NCBI GenBank assembly: GCA_041651355.1
Contig: JBAZJK010000001.1
Location: 683,888-747,887 of the forward strand
DNA: 64,000 nucleotides
Direction: 5' to 3'
Origin: Patescibacteria group bacterium
GTDB lineage: Bacteria; Patescibacteriota; Patescibacteriia; Patescibacteriales; UBA12465
Shown here: positions 36,211 to 46,208 of the stretch, in pieces
Numbering within the stretch: the stretch's first letter is position 1
How the letters are laid out: each line of letters starts with the position of its first letter
Notes under the pieces: model-generated
The model's database searches: none
What the model was told of the DNA's origin: nothing
What the model saw: only the letters and a program-made list of their open reading frames with translations
Position numbers and translations under genes: made by a program

Positions 36211-37692
36211 ATGACCATTGATCGCATCATCAAAAAATTCCAAGAGAACAACCCGCAAGCCGATACGGATATTTTGCGTTTAGCTTATGATTTTGCGGCC
36301 GCAGCCCACAAGGGACAGCTCCGTAAAAACAACGAACCCTATATTAACCACCCTCTTCACACCGCCTACCTTCTGGCGGAAATCAAGGCTGATCTCCCGA
36401 CTGTTACCGCCGGGCTACTCCACGACGTGCCGGAAGACACAGAATATACTTTAGATGATATAAAAAAGAACTTCGGCCCCGAAGTTTATTCATTAGTTAA
36501 AGGCATTACGAAATTAGGCAAGATCAAATACCGCGGCATTGAACGCTACCGGGAAAACTTGCGCAAGATGTTCCTGGCGATGGCTAATGACATCAGGGTG
36601 ATATTTATAAAATTCTGCGATCGTTTGCATAATTTACGCACACTAGACTCTCTGCCGCCAGAAAAACAAAAGAGGATTGCCCAAGAAACCCTGGAAATAT
36701 ACGCTCCGATCGCCGGTATGCTCGGCATCTGGCGCTTACGCTGGCAGATGGAGGATATTTGCTTCAAATACCTTTACCCGGAAAAATACAATGAACTAGA
36801 ACAGAAATATGAAGTTGAAAAAAGGACGGAAAGCAACCAATTTTTCCAAAAAGTAAAAAATATCTTGGAGCCGAAGCTAGAAGAGGCCGGCCTTAATTAT
36901 GAACTAGAAATCCGCTTCAAGCATCTCTACAGCATCTTCAAGAAAATGGAAAATAAAGACCGGAAATTCGACGAAATCTATGATGTTTTCGCCTTAAGGG
37001 TAATCGTCCCGGAGGTTGAAGATTGCTATAAGGTCTTGGGAATAATCCATACCATCTGGAAGCCGAACCCCAACCGTTTCAAGGACTATATTGCCGTACC
37101 CAAGCCTAATGGCTACCGCTCTCTCCACACCACCGTCGTGGGACCGGAAAATAAAGCAACCGAATTCCAAATCCGCACCTATGAGATGCACGAAGAAAAC
37201 AGCTACGGTCTCTCTGCCCACTGGTACTACAAAGCGAGAAGCCAAAAAGACACTAAACAACAACCCAGCTGGGTCAAAGAAATCCTGGACATCCAAAAAG
37301 AGATTACTAACACCCAAGAATTCGTGAAAAAAATAAAATTAGATATCTTCCGCGACCGCATCTTCGTTTTCTCGCCCAAGGGTGATGCTTTCGAGCTGCC
37401 AGAAAAATCCACCCCTATCGACTTCGCTTACGCTGTCCATACAAACATCGGCAATAAAGCTTCCAGTGTGCTAGTCAACGATAAGCTGGGACGTCTCGAC
37501 CAAGAATTAAAGAATGGCGACATTGTAGAAATCATTATCGAAAAGAACCGCCAATATCCCAATCGCGATTGGTTGAAGTTTGCTAAAACCAAGAGAGCGC
37601 GTGACCGGATCCGGCAGAATGCCAAGAAAACCACCTTTGAAAATATCCGTCGCTTTATCCCAGGAATGCGCGGCCATAAAAATCCCGAATAA
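36211..37692 (+). CDS. Short bifunctional Rel/SpoT homolog (HD hydrolase + (p)ppGpp synthetase + TGS; lacks the C-terminal ACT/helical regulatory region)
   Basis: HD motif HPLHTAYLL...LLHDVPED; synthetase block YRSLHTTVVGPENKATEFQIRT; TGS IFVFSPKGDAFELPEKSTPIDFAYAVHTNIG. Confidence 0.8.
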   Translation: MTIDRIIKKFQENNPQADTDILRLAYDFAAAAHKGQLRKNNEPYINHPLHTAYLLAEIKADLPTVTAGLLHDVPEDTEYTLDDIKKNFGPEVYSLVKGITKLGKIKYRGIERYRENLRKMFLAMANDIRVIFIKFCDRLHNLRTLDSLPPEKQKRIAQETLEIYAPIAGMLGIWRLRWQMEDICFKYLYPEKYNELEQKYEVEKRTESNQFFQKVKNILEPKLEEAGLNYELEIRFKHLYSIFKKMENKDRKFDEIYDVFALRVIVPEVEDCYKVLGIIHTIWKPNPNRFKDYIAVPKPNGYRSLHTTVVGPENKATEFQIRTYEMHEENSYGLSAHWYYKARSQKDTKQQPSWVKEILDIQKEITNTQEFVKKIKLDIFRDRIFVFSPKGDAFELPEKSTPIDFAYAVHTNIGNKASSVLVNDKLGRLDQELKNGDIVEIIIEKNRQYPNRDWLKFAKTKRARDRIRQNAKKTTFENIRRFIPGMRGHKNPE

Positions 37693-37704
37693 ACAGATTA
37701 AAAA

Positions 37705-37735
37705 AAGCTCCACCTATTAGGCGGAGCTTTTTTAT
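37705..37735. terminator. Bidirectional terminator between the Rel/SpoT gene (+) and rpsU (-)
   Basis: Hairpin agctcc-acctattaggc-ggagct flanked by A6 and T7. Confidence 0.45.
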
Positions 37736-37739
37736 GTTC

Positions 37740-37982
37740 TTAACGATTATTAACGGTTTCTTCTAGTTTCCCGATTTTGCGCAGATATTCTTTCTTTTTG
37801 CGCATATCCAAGCTAATCAAGGCAGACTTCTTGACCTGGCGCTTAGTCTTCTTCGGTTCCAAATATTTTTTGGAACGAGCTTTTTCTAAGCGTTTACTAT
37901 TCTTCAAGGCCTTCTTGAACTTACGCAAGAAACTTTCAAAACTTTCTCCTGGTTTACGTTTTAAATCAGCCATATAAAACAC
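37740..37982 (-). CDS. rpsU: 30S ribosomal protein S21
   Basis: 80-aa basic protein; ESFESFLRKFKKALKNS...KKYLEPKKTKRQVKKSA follows the S21 pattern (RRFKR...EKPS..RKR). Confidence 0.55.
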   Translation of the reverse strand: MFYMADLKRKPGESFESFLRKFKKALKNSKRLEKARSKKYLEPKKTKRQVKKSALISLDMRKKKEYLRKIGKLEETVNNR

Positions 37983-39318
37983 CTCTCTTTCTATTTATTT
38001 TTTTCTCTAATTTATCCTTAATTTTCTTATAAGGCACAACCTCTTGGACGGCCGAATCCATATCACGCATAATAATGGTTTCATCCATCACTTCCTTCTT
38101 CCCTAAAATCAAACTTAATTTAGCCTTCATATTAGTCGCTTCTTCCATTTGATTCTTCAAGCTATCAGAACAGAAAGAATGACGAACGTTAAATCCGGCC
38201 TTCCTTAAATCTTCAAATAACAACAAAGATTTTATTTTTGCTTGCTCGCCTAGCTGTCCGATAAAAATAATATCGTCAGCCGGAACATAGAATAGATCTC
38301 GATTATCTTTAGCCTTAATCACTGTTCTCTCCAAACCGATTGCTAAGCCAGCGGCTGGAGTAGCCGGACCGCCAAAAGATTCGATCAAAGTATCAAAACG
38401 CCCGCCGCCAGCCAAAGCTAATTTGCTCTGAGCGACGCCATCCTCTGATACCGGCCAAAACTCAAATACTGTATCGTTATAATATGACAAACCTCTCACT
38501 AGATAAGGATTGAAATTATAGTTAATACCTAATTCATCCAAGTGCTCTAAGGCTTTTTTGAAATGATCTCGACTCGCTTCATTTAAATAATCAGCGATCT
38601 GCGGCGCCTCTTCTTTCATCTTAGCGCAAGCGTCTTCCTTACAATCCAGAAGGGTTAGGGAATTCTTACCCAGATTCTTCTTGCAAGCATTGCAAAGCTT
38701 GGAACGGCGACCGCGCTCCTTATAAAAATTAAGCAAACGGGTATTATACTCCTTGCGGCATTCCGGCCCACCCAAGCTATTAACTTGGACTTGGACGTTA
38801 ATTTTTAATTCTTTAAAAAAATTATTAGCTAAAGCGATCAAACCAACCTCGGCCATCGGTTTATTATCACCGATAATCTCCAAATCCAATTGGTTGGATT
38901 CACGATAACGTCCTGATTGCAACTTTTCCTGTCGAAAAATTGGCCCCATGGAAAAGATTTTCAAAGGCAAAGTAAACTGGTTGATATTTTCCAGGTAGGC
39001 CCGGATAATTCCTTGGGTTATTTCCGGCCGCAAGACGATCTTTTCCGCCTTTTCTCCTTCGACCCAATATAATTCCTTATCAATCGGACGCCGGCTGGAT
39101 TTTTTATATAAATCATAGCTTTCTAGCAGAGGAGTCTTTAGATAATTAAAGCCAAAATATTCCGCCAATTCATAAGCGCGATCCGAAACGGCCTTAAAAT
39201 AGCGCCAGTCAGAAGGTAGGGTATCTTTCATGCCCAAAATCCTACCAGAAGATTGAGCCTTCTTTTCGGGCTTTTTAACAGCATTATCCTTGGTGGCATT
39301 TTTTTTAGGTCGAGGCAT
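37966..39318 (-). CDS. hisS: Histidyl-tRNA synthetase (the more canonical copy)
   Basis: LRPEIT (RPEGT-like His-A motif), motif 2 QSGRYRESNQLDLEIIG, motif 3 GGGRFDTL, GLAIGLERTV, and a C-terminal anticodon-binding domain. Confidence 0.75.
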   Translation of the reverse strand: MPRPKKNATKDNAVKKPEKKAQSSGRILGMKDTLPSDWRYFKAVSDRAYELAEYFGFNYLKTPLLESYDLYKKSSRRPIDKELYWVEGEKAEKIVLRPEITQGIIRAYLENINQFTLPLKIFSMGPIFRQEKLQSGRYRESNQLDLEIIGDNKPMAEVGLIALANNFFKELKINVQVQVNSLGGPECRKEYNTRLLNFYKERGRRSKLCNACKKNLGKNSLTLLDCKEDACAKMKEEAPQIADYLNEASRDHFKKALEHLDELGINYNFNPYLVRGLSYYNDTVFEFWPVSEDGVAQSKLALAGGGRFDTLIESFGGPATPAAGLAIGLERTVIKAKDNRDLFYVPADDIIFIGQLGEQAKIKSLLLFEDLRKAGFNVRHSFCSDSLKNQMEEATNMKAKLSLILGKKEVMDETIIMRDMDSAVQEVVPYKKIKDKLEKKINRKRGVLYG

Positions 39319-39326
39319 AGGTTTTA

Positions 39327-39887
39327 TTAATATTGAGGCAAATCTTTAAAAACTTTTATCTTATTAAAGGGGTAACCGCGAAAATAAACGCGTCCCGTGA
39401 TGAAACTTTTATTCAAAGGACCAAAAATCCTAGAGTCTTTAGAGGCATTACGATTGTCGCCTAAGACAAAATATTCATCTGGCCCCAAACTTATCTTGGC
39501 ATCGCTAGCGCTATAAGTACCTAAATCAGCTGGCAAATAATTTTCTTTAAGGACGAAACCGTCAGGGTTAGCCTGGTTATAAATATGGACTTCCCCGTCT
39601 TTCACCTGCACGCTTTCGCCCGGCAAACCGATGAGCCTCTTGATGAAATATTCTTGCGGGTCCATGGGGTAACGGAAAACTATGATTTCACCTCTTTGTG
39701 GCTCTTGAAAACGGTAGCTTATCTCATCAATAATCAGATATTCGCGGTCGTGGAAGTTGGGCTCCATGGAAGCGCCTTTGACGTAGAAGGGTTGGATTAA
39801 AAAATAGCGGACTGGAATGATAATTGCCAAAGAAATCGCCGCTACTTTAACAAACTCCCACAAAAAAATAAAAAATCTTTTAAACAT
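39327..39887 (-). CDS. lepB: Signal peptidase I
   Basis: N-terminal TM, GASMEPNF (catalytic Ser box) and VLGDNRNASKDSR (Lys box region). A strong SD gaggagg lies upstream. Confidence 0.8.
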   Translation of the reverse strand: MFKRFFIFLWEFVKVAAISLAIIIPVRYFLIQPFYVKGASMEPNFHDREYLIIDEISYRFQEPQRGEIIVFRYPMDPQEYFIKRLIGLPGESVQVKDGEVHIYNQANPDGFVLKENYLPADLGTYSASDAKISLGPDEYFVLGDNRNASKDSRIFGPLNKSFITGRVYFRGYPFNKIKVFKDLPQY

Positions 39888-40010
39888 ATTTATCCTCCTC
39901 TAAAATATCACTATCTATTAGTAAAGAATCCAAGTTGAAAAAGCTTGAATTCGTAATTAACACTATAACAGAAAAATTTAAAAAAATCAAATCGGTCTTT
40001 TTCCTTATCT

Positions 40011-41069
40011 TTAGCGAATAAACATCGCATCTCCATAGCTGAAAAAGCGATATCTCTTCTTAATTGCGGCCTGATAAGCCTTGTCAATATTATGCTTGCC
40101 CGCTAAAGCGCTCACCAGCATCAGGAGACTTGACTTAGGCAGGTGGAAATTAGTGATTAAGGCGTCAACAACTTTAAACTTATAAGGAGGATAGATGAAA
40201 ATATTCGTCCAAACCTTAAAATCCTTTAAGCTCTTAATCTTTTTTTGTTCATTCACCTTCCCTCCCCAAGTCTCGAGCGTCCGGCACGAAGTTGTGCCCA
40301 CGGCAACAATCCGCCGTCCCTCGCTTTTAGCTTTTAAAATCTTTTTTTGGACAAGAGTCTTCATCTCAACCAACTCACTATGCATTTCATGCTCAGATAT
40401 ATTCTCGCTCTTGACGGTCGCGAAGGTCCCCAGACCGACATGAAGAGTAACAGCCAAGACCTCAACTCCCATCTTTTTAATCTTCCTTAAAAGAGCTGGC
40501 GTAAAATGAAGGCCGGCTGTCGGCGCCGCCACCGAGCCTCGTTTCTTTTCATCGGCATAAACGGTTTGATAAGATTGCTTATCATTATTTTTCTGCCCGT
40601 CTCTCTTAATATAGGGAGGCAGAGGAACTTGCCCGATCCGATCGACTAAATCCAAAAATTTCTGGCCGCTTTGATTGAATTCTACTTCCCAGGTACCATC
40701 GCCTCTATCTTTTGTTAAAGTCGCTTGCAGCTTTCCGGAAAAATTAACTTTTAAACCAATCTTTGTTCGCCCCTTTACTAAACACTCCCAACGGTTGTGA
40801 TTAAGCTGATGATGCAAAAATATTTCTCTCTGCCCGCCGCCAAGCTCCGTCTTGCCGATAAGACGGGCTGGAAAAACTTTAGAATTATTGACCACCAAAA
40901 CATCGCCGGGGCATAAATATTCAAATATATTATAAAAATAATCATGCTTAATATCACCGCCTCTTTTATCCAAAACCAAAAGCCGCGAATGGTTGCGCGG
41001 CTTAGCCGGATTCTGAGCAATCAAACCCGGCGGAAGATTGTAGTTGAAATCGCTGAGAGTTAGGGGCAT
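40011..41069 (-). CDS. queA: S-adenosylmethionine:tRNA ribosyltransferase-isomerase
   Basis: MPLTLSDFNYNLPPGLIAQNPAKPRNHSRLLVL N-terminus and full-length QueA similarity. Confidence 0.85.
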   Translation of the reverse strand: MPLTLSDFNYNLPPGLIAQNPAKPRNHSRLLVLDKRGGDIKHDYFYNIFEYLCPGDVLVVNNSKVFPARLIGKTELGGGQREIFLHHQLNHNRWECLVKGRTKIGLKVNFSGKLQATLTKDRGDGTWEVEFNQSGQKFLDLVDRIGQVPLPPYIKRDGQKNNDKQSYQTVYADEKKRGSVAAPTAGLHFTPALLRKIKKMGVEVLAVTLHVGLGTFATVKSENISEHEMHSELVEMKTLVQKKILKAKSEGRRIVAVGTTSCRTLETWGGKVNEQKKIKSLKDFKVWTNIFIYPPYKFKVVDALITNFHLPKSSLLMLVSALAGKHNIDKAYQAAIKKRYRFFSYGDAMFIR

Positions 41070-41164
41070 AAAAAATATAAATAAAAATACTAACTAGGCC
41101 ACGCGAAACCTTGGCCGCTCGCAGATTCACCTTAATCATTTCTATAATGACACAATATTTTATT

Positions 41165-41214
41165 TTAAAAAAGGACCTTGGTTATACAAAATGTATATTT
41201 ATAAACCAAGGTCC
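41165..41214 (-). terminator. Strong rho-independent terminator downstream of the GC-rich ORF 41256..41813
   Basis: Perfect 11-bp inverted repeat ggaccttggtt / aaccaaggtcc with a 19-nt loop, followed on the minus strand by T6. Confidence 0.55.
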
Positions 41215-41255
41215 AAGAACAAAAATTCAAAGAGCCGAGGGACTAAGTCCTAAGC

Positions 41256-41813
41256 TCAACTTGCGAGAGCGGCCGGGTGGCCAGAGCTGAAGTCGCCGCC
41301 AAGTAAGAAGTAGAACCGAGACCACTCGGAGCCGCGCCAGCCGAGGCAACGGACATACAAAGCACCATTCGGGTCACGATAAATCGTTCCCCAAAAAAAG
41401 ATAGCTTTACCCTTCCAGGACTCCGGGATCAGCTCAGGATGAGCAAAGAGGTAATCCAAAACATTGGCGTTCATCACCGGCTTGGCGGCCAATTCTTTTC
41501 TTAAATCGTGACCGCAGATATAGCCTGTCTTCTGCCTCTTAGACAAATAAAGAGCAGCTCTAGTAGGAACAAATTTTAACAACCCACTTTTTTTATGTTC
41601 TTCAACAGACAAGCCGTCGGGCACAAAAGGTGCAGCATCACAGTCGATGAGATGCTCAGGATAAGAAATTGTAGCCAAGCCGGCCAACAGATCCCTGATC
41701 TTACCAAGCTCAGCAAATTGTTTCAGTTTGGTCACCTCGTCAGGGGTGAAACCGGCTTTTTCCAGAGCATCGCCCAATTGGTTCATAGCTCCAACGGAAT
41801 AAAGAGTTGACAT
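41256..41813 (-). CDS. Hypothetical protein (185 aa) of atypically high GC, with its own promoter-like region, SD and terminator
   Basis: AGGAGG SD 8 nt before the ATG. GC is visibly higher than the flanking genes. No recognisable family. Confidence 0.5.
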   Translation of the reverse strand: MSTLYSVGAMNQLGDALEKAGFTPDEVTKLKQFAELGKIRDLLAGLATISYPEHLIDCDAAPFVPDGLSVEEHKKSGLLKFVPTRAALYLSKRQKTGYICGHDLRKELAAKPVMNANVLDYLFAHPELIPESWKGKAIFFWGTIYRDPNGALYVRCLGWRGSEWSRFYFLLGGDFSSGHPAALAS

Positions 41814-42043
41814 TGTCAGTCCTCCTGTATTTTGTAACTCGTTTCTTTTGGTTTTACGTTCTTGAAACTTGTTACTGATTTAACTGCTCTCAAATCATTA
41901 TTGATTCTGCAACAGCGGTCAAAAATCTAACATTTTAGATTGCTAATCGCTAAAGCAGAATATTTATTAAAGGCCGATTCTAATAGAACAATTACAGCAC
42001 AAAATTAAATTAATGTCAATATATAACTCATGAACAGCTATTT

Positions 42044-43066
42044 TTACACTAACTTATCCACGCCAAGTGGCTTTAAGCCCAGATGCCTATAGCCTAAATC
42101 AGTGACTATTCTGCCTCGAGGCGAACGGTCTAAAAAGCCAAGTTGCATCAGATATGGTTCATATATATTTTCAATCGTATCCATCTCTTCGCCTGTAGCC
42201 GCCGCTAAAGTATTAAGGCCCACTGGACCGCCCTTGAATTTATCAATAATGGTTTCCATCAATTTGCGATCGACTGAATCTAGGCCCAAAGTATCAACTT
42301 CCAACATGTCCAGCGCCTCTAAGCATAAACCCTGAGAAATGACTCCATCACCTTTAACTTCGCAATAATCGCGCACTCTTTTTAGGAGACGGTTAGCGAT
42401 GCGTGGTGTGCGCCTGGATCTTTGGGCAATATTTATAGCAGCTTGAGGTTCAATTGAAGCTCCTAAAATCTTAGCGCTCCGGCTGATAATCTTTTCTATA
42501 TCGCTTATTTCATAGAAGTTAAGATGATGGGTCAAACCAAAACGGTCGCGGAGCGGCGAAGATAATAGGCTGGCCATGGTGGTGGCGCCGATAATTGTAA
42601 AACGAGGCAGGTCCAATCTCAGGGTCCGGGCGCTCGGACCTTTGCCGATAATAATATCTAAAGCGTAATCTTCCATAGCCGGATAAAGAACCTCTTCAAT
42701 TGTCTTGTTCAAACGATGAATCTCATCAATGAATAAAATATCGCCTGGAGCCAGGTTGGTTAAAATAGCTGCTAAGTCACCAGCCTTCTCGATGGCTGGA
42801 CCGGAAGTAACGCGGATATTAGCGCCGATTTCGTTAGCGATAACGTGAGCCAAGGTGGTTTTGCCTAAACCGGGAGCACCATATAACAGAACGTGTTCGA
42901 TGGGCTCGCTCCTTTTCTGGGCGGCAGCGATGGTAATCTCTAAATTAGCCTTGATTTTTTCTTGACCAATATACTCAGCTAAAGTTTTAGGGCGCAAGCT
43001 CAAATCGAAGGCATCTTCGCCACCCTTGGCTACTGGTGAAATCAAGCGTTCTTCGTCTATCTTCAT
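42044..43066 (-). CDS. ruvB: Holliday junction branch-migration helicase RuvB
   Basis: [20 protein letters not shown] (Walker A), DEIHRL (Walker B) and a C-terminal winged helix. Confidence 0.9.
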   Translation of the reverse strand: MKIDEERLISPVAKGGEDAFDLSLRPKTLAEYIGQEKIKANLEITIAAAQKRSEPIEHVLLYGAPGLGKTTLAHVIANEIGANIRVTSGPAIEKAGDLAAILTNLAPGDILFIDEIHRLNKTIEEVLYPAMEDYALDIIIGKGPSARTLRLDLPRFTIIGATTMASLLSSPLRDRFGLTHHLNFYEISDIEKIISRSAKILGASIEPQAAINIAQRSRRTPRIANRLLKRVRDYCEVKGDGVISQGLCLEALDMLEVDTLGLDSVDRKLMETIIDKFKGGPVGLNTLAAATGEEMDTIENIYEPYLMQLGFLDRSPRGRIVTDLGYRHLGLKPLGVDKLV

Positions 43067-43077
43067 ATAATTGATAT

Positions 43078-46068
43078 TTAAATCTTCCTAAATTCACAAA
43101 TGTCATTAAAGTCACAATAGCGACAAGTAATCTCATCCGGGGTCGGGGAAAAATCATATCTCTTAATTGCCTCGATAATCTCCCTTATCTCTAGCTTGAA
43201 CTTTTCCAGATCCTTATCTTTAGCGCTAAAAACAAATTTGCTGCCATCCTGTAAATAATAGAAGGCCAGCGAGGAGACTTTTAGGCCTAAAAGCTCTTCG
43301 GCGACTATCTGATACAAGAACAGCTGGCGTTTAGCCGCATAGTCCAAGGTCTTTTTCGGGCTACCCGTCTTATAATCAGCAATCTCACAAGTGCCATCAG
43401 GTAATTTATCAATCCGGTCAATCGTTCCCTTAATGACTTCCTTATTAATCTTGATCGTAAAGCTTTTCTCTAAAAATAATATCTGCGGTAAAGAGTCTTT
43501 CAGAAAACTATCGAAGAATAAGGCGAGATTTTTTTCACCTTCCCGATAATATTTTTCTCTATCCCCGGCGCTTTCCCAATTCTCGGGGCTAAAATTATCC
43601 CGATAAAGCTTGAGCAGGTTTTCTTTTTTTAATACCGGAATAGAATCTTTCCCGAACAAACTAGCCTGAGGCGCGCTGACCAGCGGCAACAAGAATTCAT
43701 AAAGGCTGCGATGGATAAGCTGGCCAAAAATAAACTGATTCTTGGTAGCGGCCGGAATCTTGAGGAGGAAAGCGAATTTATATTGTAAGGGGCAAGAGCT
43801 ATAAGCAGCAAACTGGGAAAAAGAAAACTTATCAGGCAGAGCTAATTTGACGCTTTCTTCTTGAATTTTATCCAAGCCTTCCAAATCTTTTATTAAATCG
43901 CTACCTTTAACATCTAAGTTAACTGGGCTATCTGCGACTATTCCCATCTCAGTGATGAATTTTGAGGGTTTTTTCTCCCGAGCCCCGCCATAATCTTTGG
44001 CGGCTGTCAGATAAAGTTCGTCTTTAGCTCTGGTTAAGGCGACATAGAAGAGACGGCGCTCTTCTTCCAGATGAAAATCACTGCTGCTTGTTGTCTTTTC
44101 TCTCACTAAAGGCTCCGGTAACTCAATCTTCTCTCCGCGATGGATGCTTGGAAACTGCTTATCAACTAAATTAGGCAGAAAGACGTATTTGAATTCCAAA
44201 CCTTTAGCGGCGTGGACGGTCATTATCTTAACGACATCAGCATCTTCAAAATCACGCGCCAAAGAACCGCTTTCGCCGGATTCAAGTTCCAAGTCCATCA
44301 TTTGTCGGAAGTCTTTAAGTTTCAAATCCAGGTCGGCCTCTTCCGCTTTCTTGATTTTCTTATAGAACTGATTGAGATAAGAATAAATTTTTACGTCACG
44401 ATCGCGATCCAGGCGTTTTAATAAGCCGGAATCTTTTACGAACTCCAAGAAAATACGAGATGTCTTGCCGCCCACCGCTAAAGTCGATTGCTTCTCTATC
44501 ATGCCCAGAAGCTTATTGATATTTTGGAGAGATTCAGGGCTAATTTCAGGAATAGCGGCCGCATTCTTTAGAGTTTCATATAAAGACCAGACCTTACGCC
44601 GGGCAAACTTGTTGATTGTAATCAAGTCGGGATAAGAAACTTTAAAGACCTCCATGTTCAGAACCCTGAACAAAGCAGACGACTCATGATAGTTGTCTAA
44701 TAGCTTCAAATAAGCCAAACAATCCAAGATTATGGGTTTGTAATAAAGCCCGCGCAAGGATACGAACTCATTAGGAATATTATGACGATTCAACTCTTTG
44801 ACGAATTTATCGGCAATGGCATTAGAGCGGACCAGAATAGCAAAATCTGACCAGGCGGTCTCTTTATCAGCTTGATAAATGTCTTTGATGCTCCCGGAAA
44901 CGAAAGAAGCTTCTTCGGTTTCCGTCGCAAAATTATGGAAACTAACCTGGGATTTTTTGGAAGATGGTTTTTCCGCCTTCTCGCCCTTTGCCTTAATCTT
45001 CTTATCCAAGCCCAATTTAGTTTCCAAACGGTTGGGATTATTATTTTGGATAAAATGATAGGCATAATCCAGGATTTCCTGGTTAGAGCGGTAATTATCA
45101 GTCAAAAGGACTTCCTGGGCCTGAGGATAATCATCTTTAAATTGCATGATATTAGCGATTGAGGCTCCGCGGAAACGATATACCGCCTGATCATCATCTC
45201 CAGTGACTAGCAAGTTATTATGACCAGCGGCCAATAACTTCATTAATTCATACTGAGCGTAGTTAGTGTCCTGAAATTCATCCACCATTATTTGCTTGAA
45301 CTTCCGTTGATAAAACTGGAGAATATTAGGGCGATCGCGAAAAAGCTTCAGGGTGTAGATGATTAGGTCGCCGAAATCCAAAAAATTATTTTTTAACAGT
45401 AACTGATTATACACGTGGAAAGCATTCGCTAATTCCCGGAGGCGTTCGACTTCTATTTCATCAGTCTCTTCTCTGTCGTCATCCGAACTAATTTTTTTTG
45501 CCCTCGAGGCTTTTTTGGCTTTAACCGCTCCGCTTAAACGCCTATCCCGGTCTGATTCTAAATTCTCAGCATATGCCAAATATTCAGCGGCTGAGATATC
45601 CTCATCTTTAAGGCGAGAAAAATGTTTGATAAGTTCGGCGATAAACTTAGTCGGGTTGCCGAGAGGGCGATAATAATTCAAATCGAAATCATCGAGATTC
45701 TTCTTAATCAATATCCATTGTTCGGTCGTATTTAGTAATTTAAAATCCGGATTCAAGCCGATATCTAAAGCATGTTCACGCAGAAGCCTTTCACACAAGC
45801 CATGGAAAGTATAAATCCAAAGATCAGTATAGCCATAAGGCAAGAGGCGGTCGGCTCTTTCAGTTAGTTCACCCACGGCCTTCTCGGTAAAAGTAGTTAG
45901 GAGAATTTCATCGGCTTTGAGACCGACCTCTTGAATCAAATATAGGAGACGGTTGATCAAGACGGTGGTCTTGCCGGTACCGGCGCCGGCAATAACCAAA
46001 AGAGGGCCGCTGGTATGCTTGACGGCAGCCCGTTGTTTATGGTTTAAATTGGCTAATAAATCGGCCAT
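43078..46068 (-). CDS. UvrD/PcrA-family SF1 helicase fused to a C-terminal PD-(D/E)xK nuclease with Cas4/AddB-like Cys cluster
   Basis: N-terminus [13 protein letters not shown] (Walker A) and UvrD motifs. C-terminus ...CPLQYKF...DRIDKL...CEIADYKTG...[12 protein letters not shown], a RecB-like nuclease with a 4-Cys cluster. Confidence 0.75.
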   Translation of the reverse strand: MADLLANLNHKQRAAVKHTSGPLLVIAGAGTGKTTVLINRLLYLIQEVGLKADEILLTTFTEKAVGELTERADRLLPYGYTDLWIYTFHGLCERLLREHALDIGLNPDFKLLNTTEQWILIKKNLDDFDLNYYRPLGNPTKFIAELIKHFSRLKDEDISAAEYLAYAENLESDRDRRLSGAVKAKKASRAKKISSDDDREETDEIEVERLRELANAFHVYNQLLLKNNFLDFGDLIIYTLKLFRDRPNILQFYQRKFKQIMVDEFQDTNYAQYELMKLLAAGHNNLLVTGDDDQAVYRFRGASIANIMQFKDDYPQAQEVLLTDNYRSNQEILDYAYHFIQNNNPNRLETKLGLDKKIKAKGEKAEKPSSKKSQVSFHNFATETEEASFVSGSIKDIYQADKETAWSDFAILVRSNAIADKFVKELNRHNIPNEFVSLRGLYYKPIILDCLAYLKLLDNYHESSALFRVLNMEVFKVSYPDLITINKFARRKVWSLYETLKNAAAIPEISPESLQNINKLLGMIEKQSTLAVGGKTSRIFLEFVKDSGLLKRLDRDRDVKIYSYLNQFYKKIKKAEEADLDLKLKDFRQMMDLELESGESGSLARDFEDADVVKIMTVHAAKGLEFKYVFLPNLVDKQFPSIHRGEKIELPEPLVREKTTSSSDFHLEEERRLFYVALTRAKDELYLTAAKDYGGAREKKPSKFITEMGIVADSPVNLDVKGSDLIKDLEGLDKIQEESVKLALPDKFSFSQFAAYSSCPLQYKFAFLLKIPAATKNQFIFGQLIHRSLYEFLLPLVSAPQASLFGKDSIPVLKKENLLKLYRDNFSPENWESAGDREKYYREGEKNLALFFDSFLKDSLPQILFLEKSFTIKINKEVIKGTIDRIDKLPDGTCEIADYKTGSPKKTLDYAAKRQLFLYQIVAEELLGLKVSSLAFYYLQDGSKFVFSAKDKDLEKFKLEIREIIEAIKRYDFSPTPDEITCRYCDFNDICEFRKI

Positions 46069-46156
46069 TATAAGAATTTTAGGTTATTGAGTTCACATTA
46101 ATTCTATAGCTTTTAAGCTTAATTGGCAAATAAGAAATAACTTTCGGGTTTAATAA

Positions 46157-46183
46157 AATTCCGCCTTATTTTCGGGCGGAATT
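46157..46183 (-). terminator. Terminator hairpin between the M16 peptidase and the helicase-nuclease
   Basis: Perfect 9-bp stem aattccgcc / ggcggaatt with a 9-nt loop and a T-rich tail on the minus strand. Confidence 0.45.
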
Positions 46184-46208
46184 ATATTAAATGATTTCCT
46201 AGCTCAAC

